Virus record (IMG/VR): IMGVR_UViG_3300023174_000056
Span: 104,145 to 168,144 of that record
Source of the DNA: a virus
Reading direction: 5' to 3' (one strand)
DNA length: 64,000 bases
Position 1 is the first letter of the stretch. Each line of letters opens with the position of its first letter. The position numbers were made by a program, and so were the translations under genes. The notes under the pieces are model-generated. The model saw nothing but the letters and a program-made list of their open reading frames with translations. It was not told where the DNA came from and did not search any database. This document shows, piece by piece, positions 1-12,800 of this stretch.

Positions 1-2557
1 CAATTCTAACAACAGCAGAGTTTAATTTTTCTGATATTGTCTCTTCACTTCCTATAGGTCTTGTTTCTTTGGCGGCTTTTTTGCCAGCATTGTCAGGTAA
101 AACGGCAGTTGCGCCATTTAATATAGTTCTTGCGCCAATTTTCATAGAAAAATTAATATCTATTTTACGTCCTGTTTGTTTTGAAGTTAAGCGAATTTTA
201 TATTTTTTATCCCATACTGTTGGACCAACACCAAAAGAAGGATTAATTGGAGCAGTTGATGGATCTTCTACTTTGTTTAGTAGAGTTTGAGTATATGATG
301 GCGTTAGATATAGGTATTTTTTAAGACTTTTGCTTCCAACTACACCAGCATCATCTTTGAATTCATGTACAGATATTATTGGATAATAAACACCGCTATT
401 ATAGACTATTTCAATTTTGTACACAACAGTTGGGTTTGATTTTAAATTATTTTCGCCAACTTGTCTAAAAATATAATAATATTTTTTATTGTATTCTAAA
501 GTATCAATAAATGATTCTGCTTGGATTGTTGTATATAATTGATTTTTAAAATCTTCGTATTTATATGGTTCTTTATCTATTCTAAATATTTCATACACTG
601 ATGGCGTTTTATTATAAATTGTAGGATCTGTATTTTGCATACCTGCTAAATCGCCATTATAATCTATGGAATTCTTAAAGCCAAATTCAATACGTCCGTC
701 TGGGAACCTTAGAGAATTAGCTTCTACAAATCGAATTGTGTCTCCATCGCTATCTAATAATGGTACAAAATAATCTTTATAAAAATCAATCGTAGGTTGG
801 AAATTAAATTTAATTTTATTTTTTAAGTCTTTATATGGGATTGGAGTTACAATTGGGGAAGTCGGAGGTCTTACTGGCTCCGGTACAAAAGAGTTCATTA
901 CAAGATCATCTTCTCCAAGTACTGGTATTTCAAAGACGTAAAGTAATTGTTTTGTAGTGACTTCTAAAATTGTTGGTTGTATTGCAGCAGCTTTTATGCC
1001 TAAATTAGTATCTTGTGTTTGTTTTGCCGTTGATGGTACTAATCTAGATAATTTATTTAAGCCAACTTGCTCTAAAGTTTTTAAAGTTTCTAAAGAAGAA
1101 GGACTAGTATTTTGCTGTATTACCGTAAATTGTGAAGTTGTTTGTAATTGATTATTAGATTGAATAACTATTTGTGGAGGATTAATTGTATCTTGCAAAG
1201 TAGCTTGATTATTTTTTTGTTTTTTACCTTTGTTATCGATAGAGCCTAGGGAATACTTATACTGATTTCCTATTGCTAAAACATAATAATATGTGTTATA
1301 CTGGTACTCCTCAGCGTCAATTATTTGCGTGTCAATAAATTTTAGTAAATCCTCTTTTGTATTTTCAAAATAGTATGTTTGTACTACTCCAACTCCTTTT
1401 TTTTCTTTCTCTATTTTTATACCTACAACTTCCGTATAGCAATCTTTACCGGACAATATTTCATACCAATTTCTAGTATTTTTAGAAGTAATAAAAGTAG
1501 ATTTACCTAATAATATTCTTGATAGCAAGTTAGATAAAAAAACATTATCTCCAGTTGCTGGTAGCGAATCGTTTGTCTTATTTCCTATATAAAATGCATT
1601 TGAATTTTGGCTAAAATCAAAATATCTATTATTATTTATATCTGCGCTATTTTTTAATATGTTTTCAAGCCATTCTGTGTAATCAAAGTATTTTATGCTA
1701 TTATTTGTTGTTAATGACGCAACGATATCTACAGACCCAGTAGCACTTTCTACATCAAAATAAGGATGAATGTATCTTTTTAATTTATTAAACGGTAAAG
1801 CAGGAGACGAATCAGAACTACCAATTTCAACCATCTTAGATAAGAAATTTAATCCATAATAAGTTTCATCAATTGCGCTAATAAAATCACCAGATGCATA
1901 TTTATAAAAATCTACAGATGTATAATTTGGAAATAACTCTGCTGTAACTTCGCTATATGGAACATCTTTTGGATTAAAAGCAATTGTTTTTAATTTATCT
2001 TTATATTTTTTATCAAAAACATCTTTCCATTTTTCAAATGTTTTAACATAATTGCTATAAAACGTATTAATGGTTTTTTTATCAAACAAAAAATCATCAA
2101 TTTGATAGCCATTTGTAACGATATTTTCAATATCAGGGTTGTCTCTAATGTCTTTAGAAATAAGCAGATAATAGTTTAATAAATTTAATTCATCATTATA
2201 GTCTTTAGCTAATTTATTATATTCACTATTATAAAAATTAATTTTGTTAGTTATTTCTAATTTTGATGCTGGACCTACATTTGAGAATGTGCTCAACTCT
2301 TTATTTTTAATAACAAACGGAGATGATATTTCAAAAATAAAATCTTTGTATGTCTTGGTTAAATCAATATCTTGAATCAAGCTAGCATCTGGAACAAGCA
2401 AATAATACTTGCCGTCTTTATCTTTGGAAAATTTTTTTACATTCGATGAATCAATTGAAATACTGTTATTACCCTGAACCCATTCATTCTTGTATAATTT
2501 TCTAATTTGATCTTCATCTGTAAAAAAATAAAAATTTGAATCACCGACTTTTTTCAT
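1..2557 (-). CDS. large hypothetical virion protein, 3'-truncated by window edge (>850 aa); absent from ORF track
   Basis: ATG at 2557 just after the stop of the 1129-aa gene. Manual reading gives MKKVGDSNFYFF... still in frame at the edge (...KETRPIGSEETISEKLNSAVVRI). Same composition as neighbouring structural genes. Confidence 0.8.
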   Translation of the reverse strand, partial: MKKVGDSNFYFFTDEDQIRKLYKNEWVQGNNSISIDSSNVKKFSKDKDGKYYLLVPDASLIQDIDLTKTYKDFIFEISSPFVIKNKELSTFSNVGPASKLEITNKINFYNSEYNKLAKDYNDELNLLNYYLLISKDIRDNPDIENIVTNGYQIDDFLFDKKTINTFYSNYVKTFEKWKDVFDKKYKDKLKTIAFNPKDVPYSEVTAELFPNYTSVDFYKYASGDFISAIDETYYGLNFLSKMVEIGSSDSSPALPFNKLKRYIHPYFDVESATGSVDIVASLTTNNSIKYFDYTEWLENILKNSADINNNRYFDFSQNSNAFYIGNKTNDSLPATGDNVFLSNLLSRILLGKSTFITSKNTRNWYEILSGKDCYTEVVGIKIEKEKKGVGVVQTYYFENTKEDLLKFIDTQIIDAEEYQYNTYYYVLAIGNQYKYSLGSIDNKGKKQKNNQATLQDTINPPQIVIQSNNQLQTTSQFTVIQQNTSPSSLETLKTLEQVGLNKLSRLVPSTAKQTQDTNLGIKAAAIQPTILEVTTKQLLYVFEIPVLGEDDLVMNSFVPEPVRPPTSPIVTPIPYKDLKNKIKFNFQPTIDFYKDYFVPLLDSDGDTIRFVEANSLRFPDGRIEFGFKNSIDYNGDLAGMQNTDPTIYNKTPSVYEIFRIDKEPYKYEDFKNQLYTTIQAESFIDTLEYNKKYYYIFRQVGENNLKSNPTVVYKIEIVYNSGVYYPIISVHEFKDDAGVVGSKSLKKYLYLTPSYTQTLLNKVEDPSTAPINPSFGVGPTVWDKKYKIRLTSKQTGRKIDINFSMKIGARTILNGATAVLPDNAGKKAAKETRPIGSEETISEKLNSAVVRI

Positions 2558-2569
2558 TTTATTTTCTCT

Positions 2570-5500
2570 TTATTGTGTTTTATAGCTTACTATTAATACA
2601 TTCTCGTTTTGTGTTCCTCTAAAACCTTTTACACCAACACGGTCTAAAACGCTTGGAACCTTATAAAATCTAGCGTCAGTGTATTGATCTGCTTGATCGC
2701 CTAATTCATATCTTATATCAATTTCTTCAAAAATTTTGTCTGGGTTCGTAAATATATCTGTCACTTCCCCATCAGATTCGGCTCTTATTGTTAACCAAGC
2801 ACCTGGTTCTAGTTTTCCTTTAGAATTTTTAAAATAATCAATTTTACTAAAATCCCCAACATTTGCCAATTGTGACTGTGGCATTGTTGGAACTAAATAT
2901 AGATAAACTAATGGATCGCCCTTTTTAAACTTAGTACCAAGGAATGGGGCTGTTATATTTCCGTCTTTTTCAAAAGTAAGATATATTGCATTTTCAAATT
3001 GTTGTTTAAGCAAACCAAGCATTGATGGAGTGTAACCAGACGAATCTTTTGTTTCGTCCGCAATTTGTCCGTACTCTGGGACGCCCGTGAAGCTTAAAAA
3101 GTTATTTAACTTTACATTCCTTGTTATAGCGGTATTGAGTACTGGTACAAGATATGGTTTTGAAGGCTCTACTGCATAAAATGTAATACTTGGCTTTTCT
3201 ACTATTGCCACAATATCAATTGGAGTAGTCTGGTCTACAACTGCACCCTTTGAATGTGAATAAATAAAATGCTGATTATGTACGGGCACATTACCATAAG
3301 TTGGCGAAGTCAAAAATGCCTTATCATTTACATATGGTCTAAGGAAGCATAGATAATTGCCGTTTTTTTCATCGTTTGAAAATCTCGTATATACAGGATC
3401 TTTTAATATATAAACGCCTTTATGTTTTTTAAAAGAAATTTTCTCAACTTCTCTAACAGTTTCGTACATTAATTTAAATTTGCTGGTTTTCCTTAGATTG
3501 ATAGTAGAAAATTCTGAATTTGCTGGTAAAAACAGCGGACTTTCACCAGAAGAAAAATTTTCTTGATTAGAATAATAGCTTAATTTTGCTTCAAAAATTG
3601 TCTTAACACTTTTATTTGTCTCATCCCCTATGGTAGTTGAATCGTTTAGAATTCCTGCTGTTAGCTTATAAAGCACACCAGAATCAATAAAATATAAAAG
3701 CTCTGATAAAATAGCTTCTGCTCTGTCTTCTCCATAAAGATTTTTTGTTTTTTCGTCAATAGCGTTTTGAATAAAAAATTCATCAAATAAGGTGCTTGTA
3801 GATATATCGTTAAGCTGTAAAATAGTTAAATCTGATGCTATTTTTTTAAGAGCAGCAACACCTTTTGTAGAAATAAGGTTCTCTTCTTTTAAGCTGTATA
3901 AATAAGCTTCAAATTCTTTTTTACCGTACAAGCTTAATAAGAAATCAACAGAAGCGTATGCAGAGTATTTAACTTCGTTTGACTGCTTAACGGCTTCTAA
4001 TTCGTTTATTTTTTGTAGATCAAGCTTATAAAGTTGTTTATTGAAATCTTTGTAAGTAATATATTTTAAAAATTGATTAAATTTTGTATTCTGTATCTCT
4101 GAATCGAGGACACTAGAAAGCCCGTAACTCTTACTTTGGTTTTTATTAAAAAAATCAAGTCCAAAGCAATTTGTAGTTGTGGCATCTGCGATAAAATTAT
4201 TGAAAACAACTTCTGTTTTAATTGTTTGTATGAAATTTGGTACAGAATTTAGAGATGGGCTAGAAGAATTATATGATGCTGGTAATTCTGATAAACCATT
4301 ATTTGGATTTATGCTTTTAGTGGATAAAATTTTATTTATATTTTCAAATAATTGTTCATAAAGTTTTAAAAATCCTTCTACACCTTCTGGATTACCTGTT
4401 TCTGGCTTTATTCCATAATAAATACTTGAGGCTAAACGTTCAATATGCTCTTGTAAATCTATTTTATCTTTTTTAATTTTATCAGTATCTAGAAAAATTA
4501 CATAAGTTCTTAAAAATCCAAGAATATTTTTAACTGCTTCTTCGCTAGAAAATATATCTTGCAAGCCACTAGAAAAACGGTTTTCCGAAGCTATGTAAAA
4601 GCCCTCTTTTAAGTTTGCTAGATTTGTTTCTTTAAAAATATATTCACTTGCAACATCAATATGTGGGTTTTCATCATATACATTTTCTGCTTGCAAATAA
4701 GGAATTGATGATATTTTTTGGTAAGCTTTTAAATAATTGTAACTTTTTAATAAGTAATCATTTATTTTTTGTAAAATAGCATATGCAGGATCTACTATTT
4801 CTATTGAAAATTTGTACTTATATCTACCATTTGTAATATTTTTGAATGTTGTATCCATTCCACTGAAAAATACAAGCTCGGGAGCATTATTTATAATGCT
4901 TGCGTGCAATTGATTATAATTTACTTCTTTTGCCGTAACTCCCTCTAAAATTACTTTTTCTTCATAATCGCCATATTTGTTTGGAACTTCATTTATTCTA
5001 GATAATTTTGCATTTAGGATAAAGCTAGAATTTGTTATGCTTGTATTATTAACAGTTGCTAGTTCGGCTAACTTACCAATTATTGAATTTTCTTTTAAAA
5101 ATCTTTTTATATCAAAAAAGAATCCAAATTTAACAACATTTGAAACTTCTTGGTCTGCAATTTCATAGTATTCTACTTCTTTGCTTTTCTTACGTCTCTT
5201 TAATAATAAATTTTCATTGTCGTATGCAGCAAAAAAATCAGAAAAATAATCTAAATTTGCTTTTTTTGTTTCTGATAAATTTGAATCATAAATATATTCT
5301 GGGATGTTTGTTAAAATTGTTGTATCGACTACGGTATTTGCAATGTCTCTTTCAATTTTTCTATTGTTTATAATTCTTTGTATTTCTGGGGTGCCTACAA
5401 AATACTCCTCTGTGCCCAAAGAATTATTTAGATCTAAACCGTATTCTTTACAAATTTCTAAAGAATCGTAATACGATAAAAATACTACAGACAAATGTAA

Positions 5501-5959
5501 AATATCTTCAATTTTTTCTTTGTAGATATTATTTTCAAATTCAATTACAAATTTAGTTAAGTTAGCCTTTTTATCTTCAATCACTTTTTTAAAGTTTTGA
5601 AAAGAAAACGTATGTGTTCTATAGTTTTCTAATGCCACTGCCGATAAAGGGTCTTCAGATAATCTTTTTGCCTCTTGTTCATCTAAACAAATAATTGTTT
5701 TAAATTTTAAAAATTTATTTAAAATTTCATTGTTGAACCATGTTCCGCTATTTTGTATTTTTTTATAATTGTCAAATAAGTGGAATTTGAATTTAAAATT
5801 TAATATGTTTTTGGGGTTTGATGAACCTTTTACTGGTTTTATTAAAGATTCAACCTCAAAAGAAACATCATTTACTTTTTTTGAAATAACACAGCTATCA
5901 TAAGTTAACTGTGGAACAGTAGCGGTTGATATTTCGTTTATTAAACTTGTCATTAACAA
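2570..5959 (-). CDS. hypothetical virion-associated protein (1129 aa)
   Basis: Long ORF coupled to neighbours in the structural operon; no motif recognised. Confidence 0.7.
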   Translation of the reverse strand: MLMTSLINEISTATVPQLTYDSCVISKKVNDVSFEVESLIKPVKGSSNPKNILNFKFKFHLFDNYKKIQNSGTWFNNEILNKFLKFKTIICLDEQEAKRLSEDPLSAVALENYRTHTFSFQNFKKVIEDKKANLTKFVIEFENNIYKEKIEDILHLSVVFLSYYDSLEICKEYGLDLNNSLGTEEYFVGTPEIQRIINNRKIERDIANTVVDTTILTNIPEYIYDSNLSETKKANLDYFSDFFAAYDNENLLLKRRKKSKEVEYYEIADQEVSNVVKFGFFFDIKRFLKENSIIGKLAELATVNNTSITNSSFILNAKLSRINEVPNKYGDYEEKVILEGVTAKEVNYNQLHASIINNAPELVFFSGMDTTFKNITNGRYKYKFSIEIVDPAYAILQKINDYLLKSYNYLKAYQKISSIPYLQAENVYDENPHIDVASEYIFKETNLANLKEGFYIASENRFSSGLQDIFSSEEAVKNILGFLRTYVIFLDTDKIKKDKIDLQEHIERLASSIYYGIKPETGNPEGVEGFLKLYEQLFENINKILSTKSINPNNGLSELPASYNSSSPSLNSVPNFIQTIKTEVVFNNFIADATTTNCFGLDFFNKNQSKSYGLSSVLDSEIQNTKFNQFLKYITYKDFNKQLYKLDLQKINELEAVKQSNEVKYSAYASVDFLLSLYGKKEFEAYLYSLKEENLISTKGVAALKKIASDLTILQLNDISTSTLFDEFFIQNAIDEKTKNLYGEDRAEAILSELLYFIDSGVLYKLTAGILNDSTTIGDETNKSVKTIFEAKLSYYSNQENFSSGESPLFLPANSEFSTINLRKTSKFKLMYETVREVEKISFKKHKGVYILKDPVYTRFSNDEKNGNYLCFLRPYVNDKAFLTSPTYGNVPVHNQHFIYSHSKGAVVDQTTPIDIVAIVEKPSITFYAVEPSKPYLVPVLNTAITRNVKLNNFLSFTGVPEYGQIADETKDSSGYTPSMLGLLKQQFENAIYLTFEKDGNITAPFLGTKFKKGDPLVYLYLVPTMPQSQLANVGDFSKIDYFKNSKGKLEPGAWLTIRAESDGEVTDIFTNPDKIFEEIDIRYELGDQADQYTDARFYKVPSVLDRVGVKGFRGTQNENVLIVSYKTQ

Positions 5960-6807
5960 TCCTCACCAAATGGTGGTTTAACTGTTTTTGTAGGTATAGA
6001 TGAAATTTCTTTTGATAACTCTTCAAGGCTTATTTCATCATCTACTAAAATGTTAAAATAATTATCAGCAAGTGTTAAATTTTCATCAATTCTTTCTTCC
6101 GGTACTTCACTTTCATCTAATAAGATATTATTAACAACATACTCTTTTGGTTTCCTGAACTTTATTTGTTCTAAAAATTCTTCATTATTCTGATCTTCTT
6201 TTACTTCATAAAGCTCCATATCAAATGATTCTTTTTCAAAATCAACATTAAGCTCGGAAATGTCTAGTAAAACATACGTATTTTCTATTCTCAAAGCAGA
6301 CTTATCATTAAAAAAGATGTCTGTACCCTTTTTTTCTTCTTCTGGTTTTATTGTTTTCACCTCATATTGAACTTTTTTTAAGTTAATTTGAGGAATATCT
6401 AAATCATTATTATTTTTAGTATATTTTTGCTCAAAACTCTCCGCTTCGCCACTTAAGATATTAATCTTCCACGCTGGTTTATAATCTTTATTCAGAGAAG
6501 AGTTACCCAATAAATTATTAATAAGACCACTATCCGATTTTTGGTCTAACGGAGAAATTTTTTTATTTGTATTATCTACAGAAGTAAATCTTGTTTGAGG
6601 TTTAACATATAAACTTTCTTCAAGAATTCTCAAAGAAGACGAAAGCTGTATCTCATCGTTAGACTCAGCGTATTTTATATCATAAATAATATCATCATCA
6701 TGAAAAGTATAATAAGCTGGCTTAAATTTGCCTTCTAGGAGAAGCTTTTTTCCATAAGGTGTTAATTCTATATTGATTACTTCTTCCTTGCTATCAAAAA
6801 AAGACAT
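5953..6807 (-). CDS. putative virion/baseplate structural protein
   Basis: N-terminus 'IELTPYGKKLL...FKPAYYTFHDDDIIYD' resembles phage baseplate/fiber-base 'LTxxG...YF.F.DDxIxY' segments; operon context. Confidence 0.6.
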   Translation of the reverse strand: MSFFDSKEEVINIELTPYGKKLLLEGKFKPAYYTFHDDDIIYDIKYAESNDEIQLSSSLRILEESLYVKPQTRFTSVDNTNKKISPLDQKSDSGLINNLLGNSSLNKDYKPAWKINILSGEAESFEQKYTKNNNDLDIPQINLKKVQYEVKTIKPEEEKKGTDIFFNDKSALRIENTYVLLDISELNVDFEKESFDMELYEVKEDQNNEEFLEQIKFRKPKEYVVNNILLDESEVPEERIDENLTLADNYFNILVDDEISLEELSKEISSIPTKTVKPPFGEDC

Positions 6808-6818
6808 ATTTTATCCTC

Positions 6819-9800
6819 TTATTTTTTTATTTTTCTTGAAAATGACGCTTTTATGTTTTTTACTGCTGCTTGAGCTGTTGATGAATTTATTGTTTTTAAT
6901 GCACTATTTTGTTGGTTTATTAATTGACTTGTAGTTGCGGTTACATTCAAATTAGTAGCATTTATATTTTGAATTTGCGCTTGTGCAACAGGGGTAAGCG
7001 AATTTACATTAATTGCTTGCAATGAAGAAGTCGGAGATCCGTTTAATGCTGACACCGTATTTATCTGTGGAACAAATTGAGTCTGAACAAGCGTTGGATT
7101 TGCTATCGTTGTCGTTAATTGCGTTGTTCCAATATTTGTATTATTTGTTTCTTGTGCATTTGTTACTACTGGTGTTGAAGTGTCTGCGTTGGAAGTTACT
7201 CTTCTTTGCGTTACAAATGTTTCTCCTGCCGTTTTTGATTTCAAATTAATATCTGTTTTACCATTTTTTAATTCTACTGTGGCATTAGCCATCTCAATAA
7301 CAGAACAAAAATCGTAAGGCCAGTTATAAGAATATTCTGGTACTGCTTCTGATGAGGTAAACTTAAACTTAAAACGCTTTAGCGCCGACTCTTTTGAGTC
7401 TTCGACTAATTCATAGTAATTTACATTTGCTTTTTGTTTAATTTTGAAAACTTTAAATTTAACATCTTTTGGCAATCTTTTACCGTGGAATAATTCATCC
7501 GAATTAAATGGATGTGAGATATTCTTGTTTTCTATATGTGATTCCATAGATTTTGATGGCATGACACCTTGCCAGATATCAGATAAATCTGTATAATTAC
7601 TGTCTTGCTGTAATTCTATATCAAATGGAATAACATACATTACGAAAGGATCAATATTTTTGTTTCTTAACCAATCTAGATGAGGTGGCAAAACGAATCT
7701 TGTCATTTGTCTAACGGTATCTACTATGCTTGTATTTTTTAAAGAACTATTATTGTCAATAATTGTTTTTATTTCTTCAAAAGATATTTTTGATTCCTTA
7801 CCAAAAGAAACCCCAAATGTTTCTTTTAGGATATCTCTATTGATCTTGAAATAATATGGTCCTCTTCCTCTTTGATTTGGTTTTAAAATATTGTTTTCAC
7901 CAAGAATCTCTGGTAATGTTTCTGCAAATTCTTGATTTATTTTTTTCTTTCCATCGACATGGTTTTTATTATATGTGTATGGAATCAAAACCAAAGCTTC
8001 GCTGACAGTTTTTTCGGATCCTAGAACACCTAAAGTTGGCTTAACGTCAGTTTTAAATCCACACATTTGAATTAAAGAACCAGTGTTAGGACCAGTTGGT
8101 GATTCTTGCAAATATAGTTTTATACCGCTGCCTTCTTGAACAGGGGAGCCATAAGTTGTCCAAATTCCTTTAAATAAGTTCTTATAAACGCCCTTAACAG
8201 TTCCTGGAATGCTTTTATCACCATCAATAAATTGTAGACCGATGTTATCTGTTAAATCTGCATCATTAAAATTAATGCTTGGTGTTTCAAATTTTGTTTG
8301 AATTACCCATTTAAATTTTGGAACAAAAGATTTAGTGCCTTTATCTGCTTTTGAAGTTGCAACATCCACAGATAAATCTAGGTCTTCTGACTTTAATGTC
8401 AAATTGATGCTTGATGACAAGTTCATCATTGACTTATATGCTGGAGAATTTTTATAATTATCCGCATACGAACTTGAAAAATCATTCAATAGGAAGTTTG
8501 ATCTTTGCTTGAATAATGCTTCGGCCTCTGAGTTTAGGAATTCAATATTAATAGAATCTTGAATTTCCTGTAGGCTGTAGGCTCTTGTTTTTGTATCGCT
8601 AGCTAAGAATGAAATTCTTGCAATTGCTTTTCCATAATAATATGGAGGTACATAAGGAGCATACGAAGGAGTATCTAGTAATTTAGAGTACAAATTATAT
8701 GGGCCTTTTTGGTATAATAGGCTAGCAGAACCGGCGCTATCCCAGTATCTAACTGGAGGTCCGTATAATGAATCGGGTGAAGGAATCATAAATGTTCCTT
8801 CGCTATGCTTCGCTGGGTCGCTCTTTAGATTCTCGTAGTATGGATCTGTTATAAATTCTTTGTAAGCTCCGTCTTTCTCAAGAACAACGTCCATGTAATA
8901 ACGTGTGCCAGGAATTGCAGCAGCAAACTCGTTTTCTGGCTTGGAAGTTATTGATGTTAATTTACCTTTAAGGAAGAAATTAGGAATTTCTGCCAAGAAG
9001 TTATGCATAGCTAATTTATAGTTTGCATCCAAGAATGTAAATGACTTCAAAGAGCCAGTACCCATATTGTATGAAGGGTATGCAATATTATTAAAATCAG
9101 AACCTGTAATTGTATCTGTTGTATAATGTGTTGGGTTTAAGTAGTACAGATTATTTGCAGATACTTTTAAGTCATCTGGTATCTTTGTATCAAAATCAAT
9201 TAAAGCTTCAAATGGTAATCTATAGTTTGGATTTAAATCAATGTAATTTGAAGCAGTGTAGTTTCTTTGAATATTATTAATGTAATCAAATAGATAATTT
9301 GTTGTTAGAGAACTTCCTGTGTTACCGTAAAATACGGGTGGCGTTCTTGAATCATAGCTAACACTTGATGTAATAAATACAGGGAAATCCACAGCAACTG
9401 ATGATTTAATAGTATTTAAAAGAATACCTGGCGCAAATAGTGGCTGTAATAAAGCCAAAACTTGTTGATTTAGTGGCGTTCCATTTGAAAGTGCTGAGTA
9501 ATATACCTCTTTTGGATTTTTACTTGAAACAAGAGTTCTTTTTAAAGGTAAAAATGAATTTATGAAATAGCTGCTTAATTGTTCTATTCTTTCACTTGGA
9601 TAAAATCCTTTATATGGTAACAATTTTTTAATAGCAGAAATATTAATTGTTAATTTAAAATCATTATCTATGGGTAGACTTTCATCATACAAGAATGTTG
9701 TATCAAAGTTTTGCGAAATATTTGTAGAGCTGCTAAGATTATTAAATGAAGATTCCTGTAAAGCGCCTTGTAGGGTTAAATAATCGCTTGTTAAAATTGA

Positions 9801-12800
9801 ATTAAAATTACCATTAACTTTTTTAACATAACTTTCCACAAAATTGCTAATTTTATACTCTGGTACTATAGAATACTTTTGAGAGTGTGGTTTAATGTCT
9901 TCTATAAATTTTGTATAAGAATCATAAAATGCGCCACGGCCTGCCTTTTGGTCTGTTTCATAAACATATCCTTGGTTTAAAACAAAGATTGAATTATTGC
10001 TAGAAGAATAAACCGTTGTGGTCAAATCTGTATTTGTTGCGTATGTGTTCTCGGCAATTTTTAAATTTGAATTTGCATTTGGTGGTATAAAGTTATTAAA
10101 AATTAATTGAGGTTTTGGCATAACAATATCTACTGAAGCCGAATATGCTTCAAATTGATATTTAAAATCTTTTGTTTTAATAGTTGGACCCGATCTTGTG
10201 CCAGCAAAACGTCCACCAATAAAAATTTTATTTCCATCAGATACCAAGCTATAAATTTCATCATCAGTTGTAAGATTAAAACCATTTCTAATACCGTTCG
10301 TACCAACTTGATTCCAATTTGTACCATCCCAGCAAGCTATATTATTTAAAATTGTGCCATCTGATGCAGAAGTGAAATTTCCAGCGGCATAAATTTTATT
10401 GTTTAAAGCTGTGAAAGACCAAATAAGCCCATTTAAAGTTTTAGAAATATCACTCCAACTTGTTCCATTCCATTTTTTAATAAATGGAGAAGTTACAGCA
10501 TTACCAGCGTTACCAATAGTGTAGCCATCAGCACCATATACGTATAAACCATCAGATGCGGACGCCATAGTAATTACTGTATTGTTTGGCCTTGATGGCG
10601 AAGACCCTCCGACTGAGTTCCACTTTACTCCATCCCACCTTGCAATGTTTGCAGTGTCGCTAATTCCCGTATCGGTAAATCCACCTCCGACATAAATGCC
10701 TTCGGAAGATGAAAGCATACAAAATACGCCACTTCCTAAACCGAACGATCCTGTTCCGAGAGAATTCCAACTTGTCCCATCCCATCTTGCAATACCATCA
10801 GCAGCTGCGATTCCCGCAGCATTAGTGAATTTGCCACCGACATAGATTCCTTCAGACGCCGAAATTATAGATGAAATTTGATTATTGAAAGAATTCGTAG
10901 GTCCAACAATCTGGAAGGAACCACTACTTTTACATAAAACTAAGTTTTTGGCACCAGAGACACCGCCCCCATTAGTAAATTTACCACCAACATAAACACC
11001 AGCGGAGCTAGAGCATAAAGCAAATACAGAATCTCCAAACGTTGATGGAGTAATATTTCCTATTGTAACCCAATCATTTTCTTTAGTCCATTTTTTTAGA
11101 AAACCTGTTAGGTTACCTATGCTGTTATAATCATTAACAGCCCTTAAACCTGCATATACACCGTCAGAGCCGCTTACTAAGCATAAAATATCTCTATCTA
11201 AATTGTTTGTATAATCCTGGGTTGTTCCGTATAGAGAATATATATTTCCATTACCATATTGGTTTGTATCTAGAATTGCTACATTTTTTATTGGATAGTA
11301 AATTTGTTCTAGATCAAAATATTTTTCTAGCAGTATGTCTTTGTTTGAAAGATAGCCAGAAGTATTTTTTTCATAAAAGATTTTCTGTAATTTATCTGGT
11401 ACGAATTGTGTAACACTTCCACCAAAAATTATCCCAGACGAACCAGATGTAATTGTATTTATTACAGAATAAGAATTTAATGGTAAATATATACTGCCAC
11501 CAATCGTTCCCCAGCTTGCTCCATCCCATTTTGCTAATCCAATATTTTTATAAGAAGTATTACCAAAATTTCCAACTTTAGAAAATAACCCACCAATATA
11601 TACACCATCGGAAGAAGAAAACAGAGAATTTATTCCAGAATTTACAAATGTTGCAGATTTGTCTAGAGCATTGTAGGTAACTGTTGATAAAACAGAACCA
11701 AAACCTTTCCATTTTGATAAAATAGTATCCCATTTAGCAACGTTAGATACGCTATCGCTACCAGTTAAAGGAGAAGCTATAGAAAAACTACCGCCGACAT
11801 AAATACCGTCAGAGCCGGATGAGATTGAAGCAACACGGTCATAATAAGAATTGCCTCCAACTCCATCACCAATAGTATTTCCAAACGCCGTCCAATTAGT
11901 GCCATTCCACACTGCTATATTTTTTGCATTTAGGTTGTTTGAAGCTGCAATAGCAAAAGCCCCTCCAACATAAAGACCATATGAAGAACTAGCCAAAGAA
12001 AATACTGTCGCAGAACTATACAATGAAGACCAGTCAGGGTCTGCGAGTGGTGGCGAGCCAGGAGAACCAGTGCCAACATTAGTCCAAGTTGAGCCATTCC
12101 ATAGTGCTATTGTATCGGCATTAGAGACACCGCCAGCGTCTGTAAATACTCCTCCAACATAAAGACCTTGAGAAGAGCTGACCATAGAATAAACAATAGT
12201 TTTAGAACCATTTGGAGAAAGTGGGGCGCTCCCAGCTGAAGACCCTGTTCCTAAACTAACCCAATCTGTTCCATCCCATTTTATAATTGCATTTTTTGAT
12301 GTAGTAGAATCCAAATTACTAAACTTGCCACCAACGTATAAACCGTCAGCGCCAGACACTATTGAATAAACTACGGCATCAGTGACGTTTATTCCATTTT
12401 TGAATGTAGTAACTCTTTGTCCATCCCATTTAAGAATACAATTTGCTTTAGAATTACCGCCAGCATTTGTAAAATCGCCGCCTATATAAATACCATCAGA
12501 AGTAGACAAAGAAGTATTTATATTACTTGCGAATATACCAGTATAAGCTCCAAAGTTTGTAACAATATTTGTATCCTTATTAAAAGAAAAAATATTATTT
12601 ACTGGTAACTTAATATTATCAATATTATTTTGTAAAGAATAAGATTCACTATACTGCAAGTCTTGAGCAAAAATAGAATTTTTTAGTTTATTATTAGGAT
12701 CAAAAATAAAATTATCGTAAGACCCATAGGAAGAAAATAATTTTGAGCCAATAGTATTATATGAACTTGTAGCAAATCCAAACATATCAACAGTCGATGA

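Noticed and set aside
10200-12500. Diversity-generating retroelement acting on the repeats
   Set aside because: Repeats are diverged at DNA level; no adenine-specific TR/VR pair or reverse transcriptase was seen.
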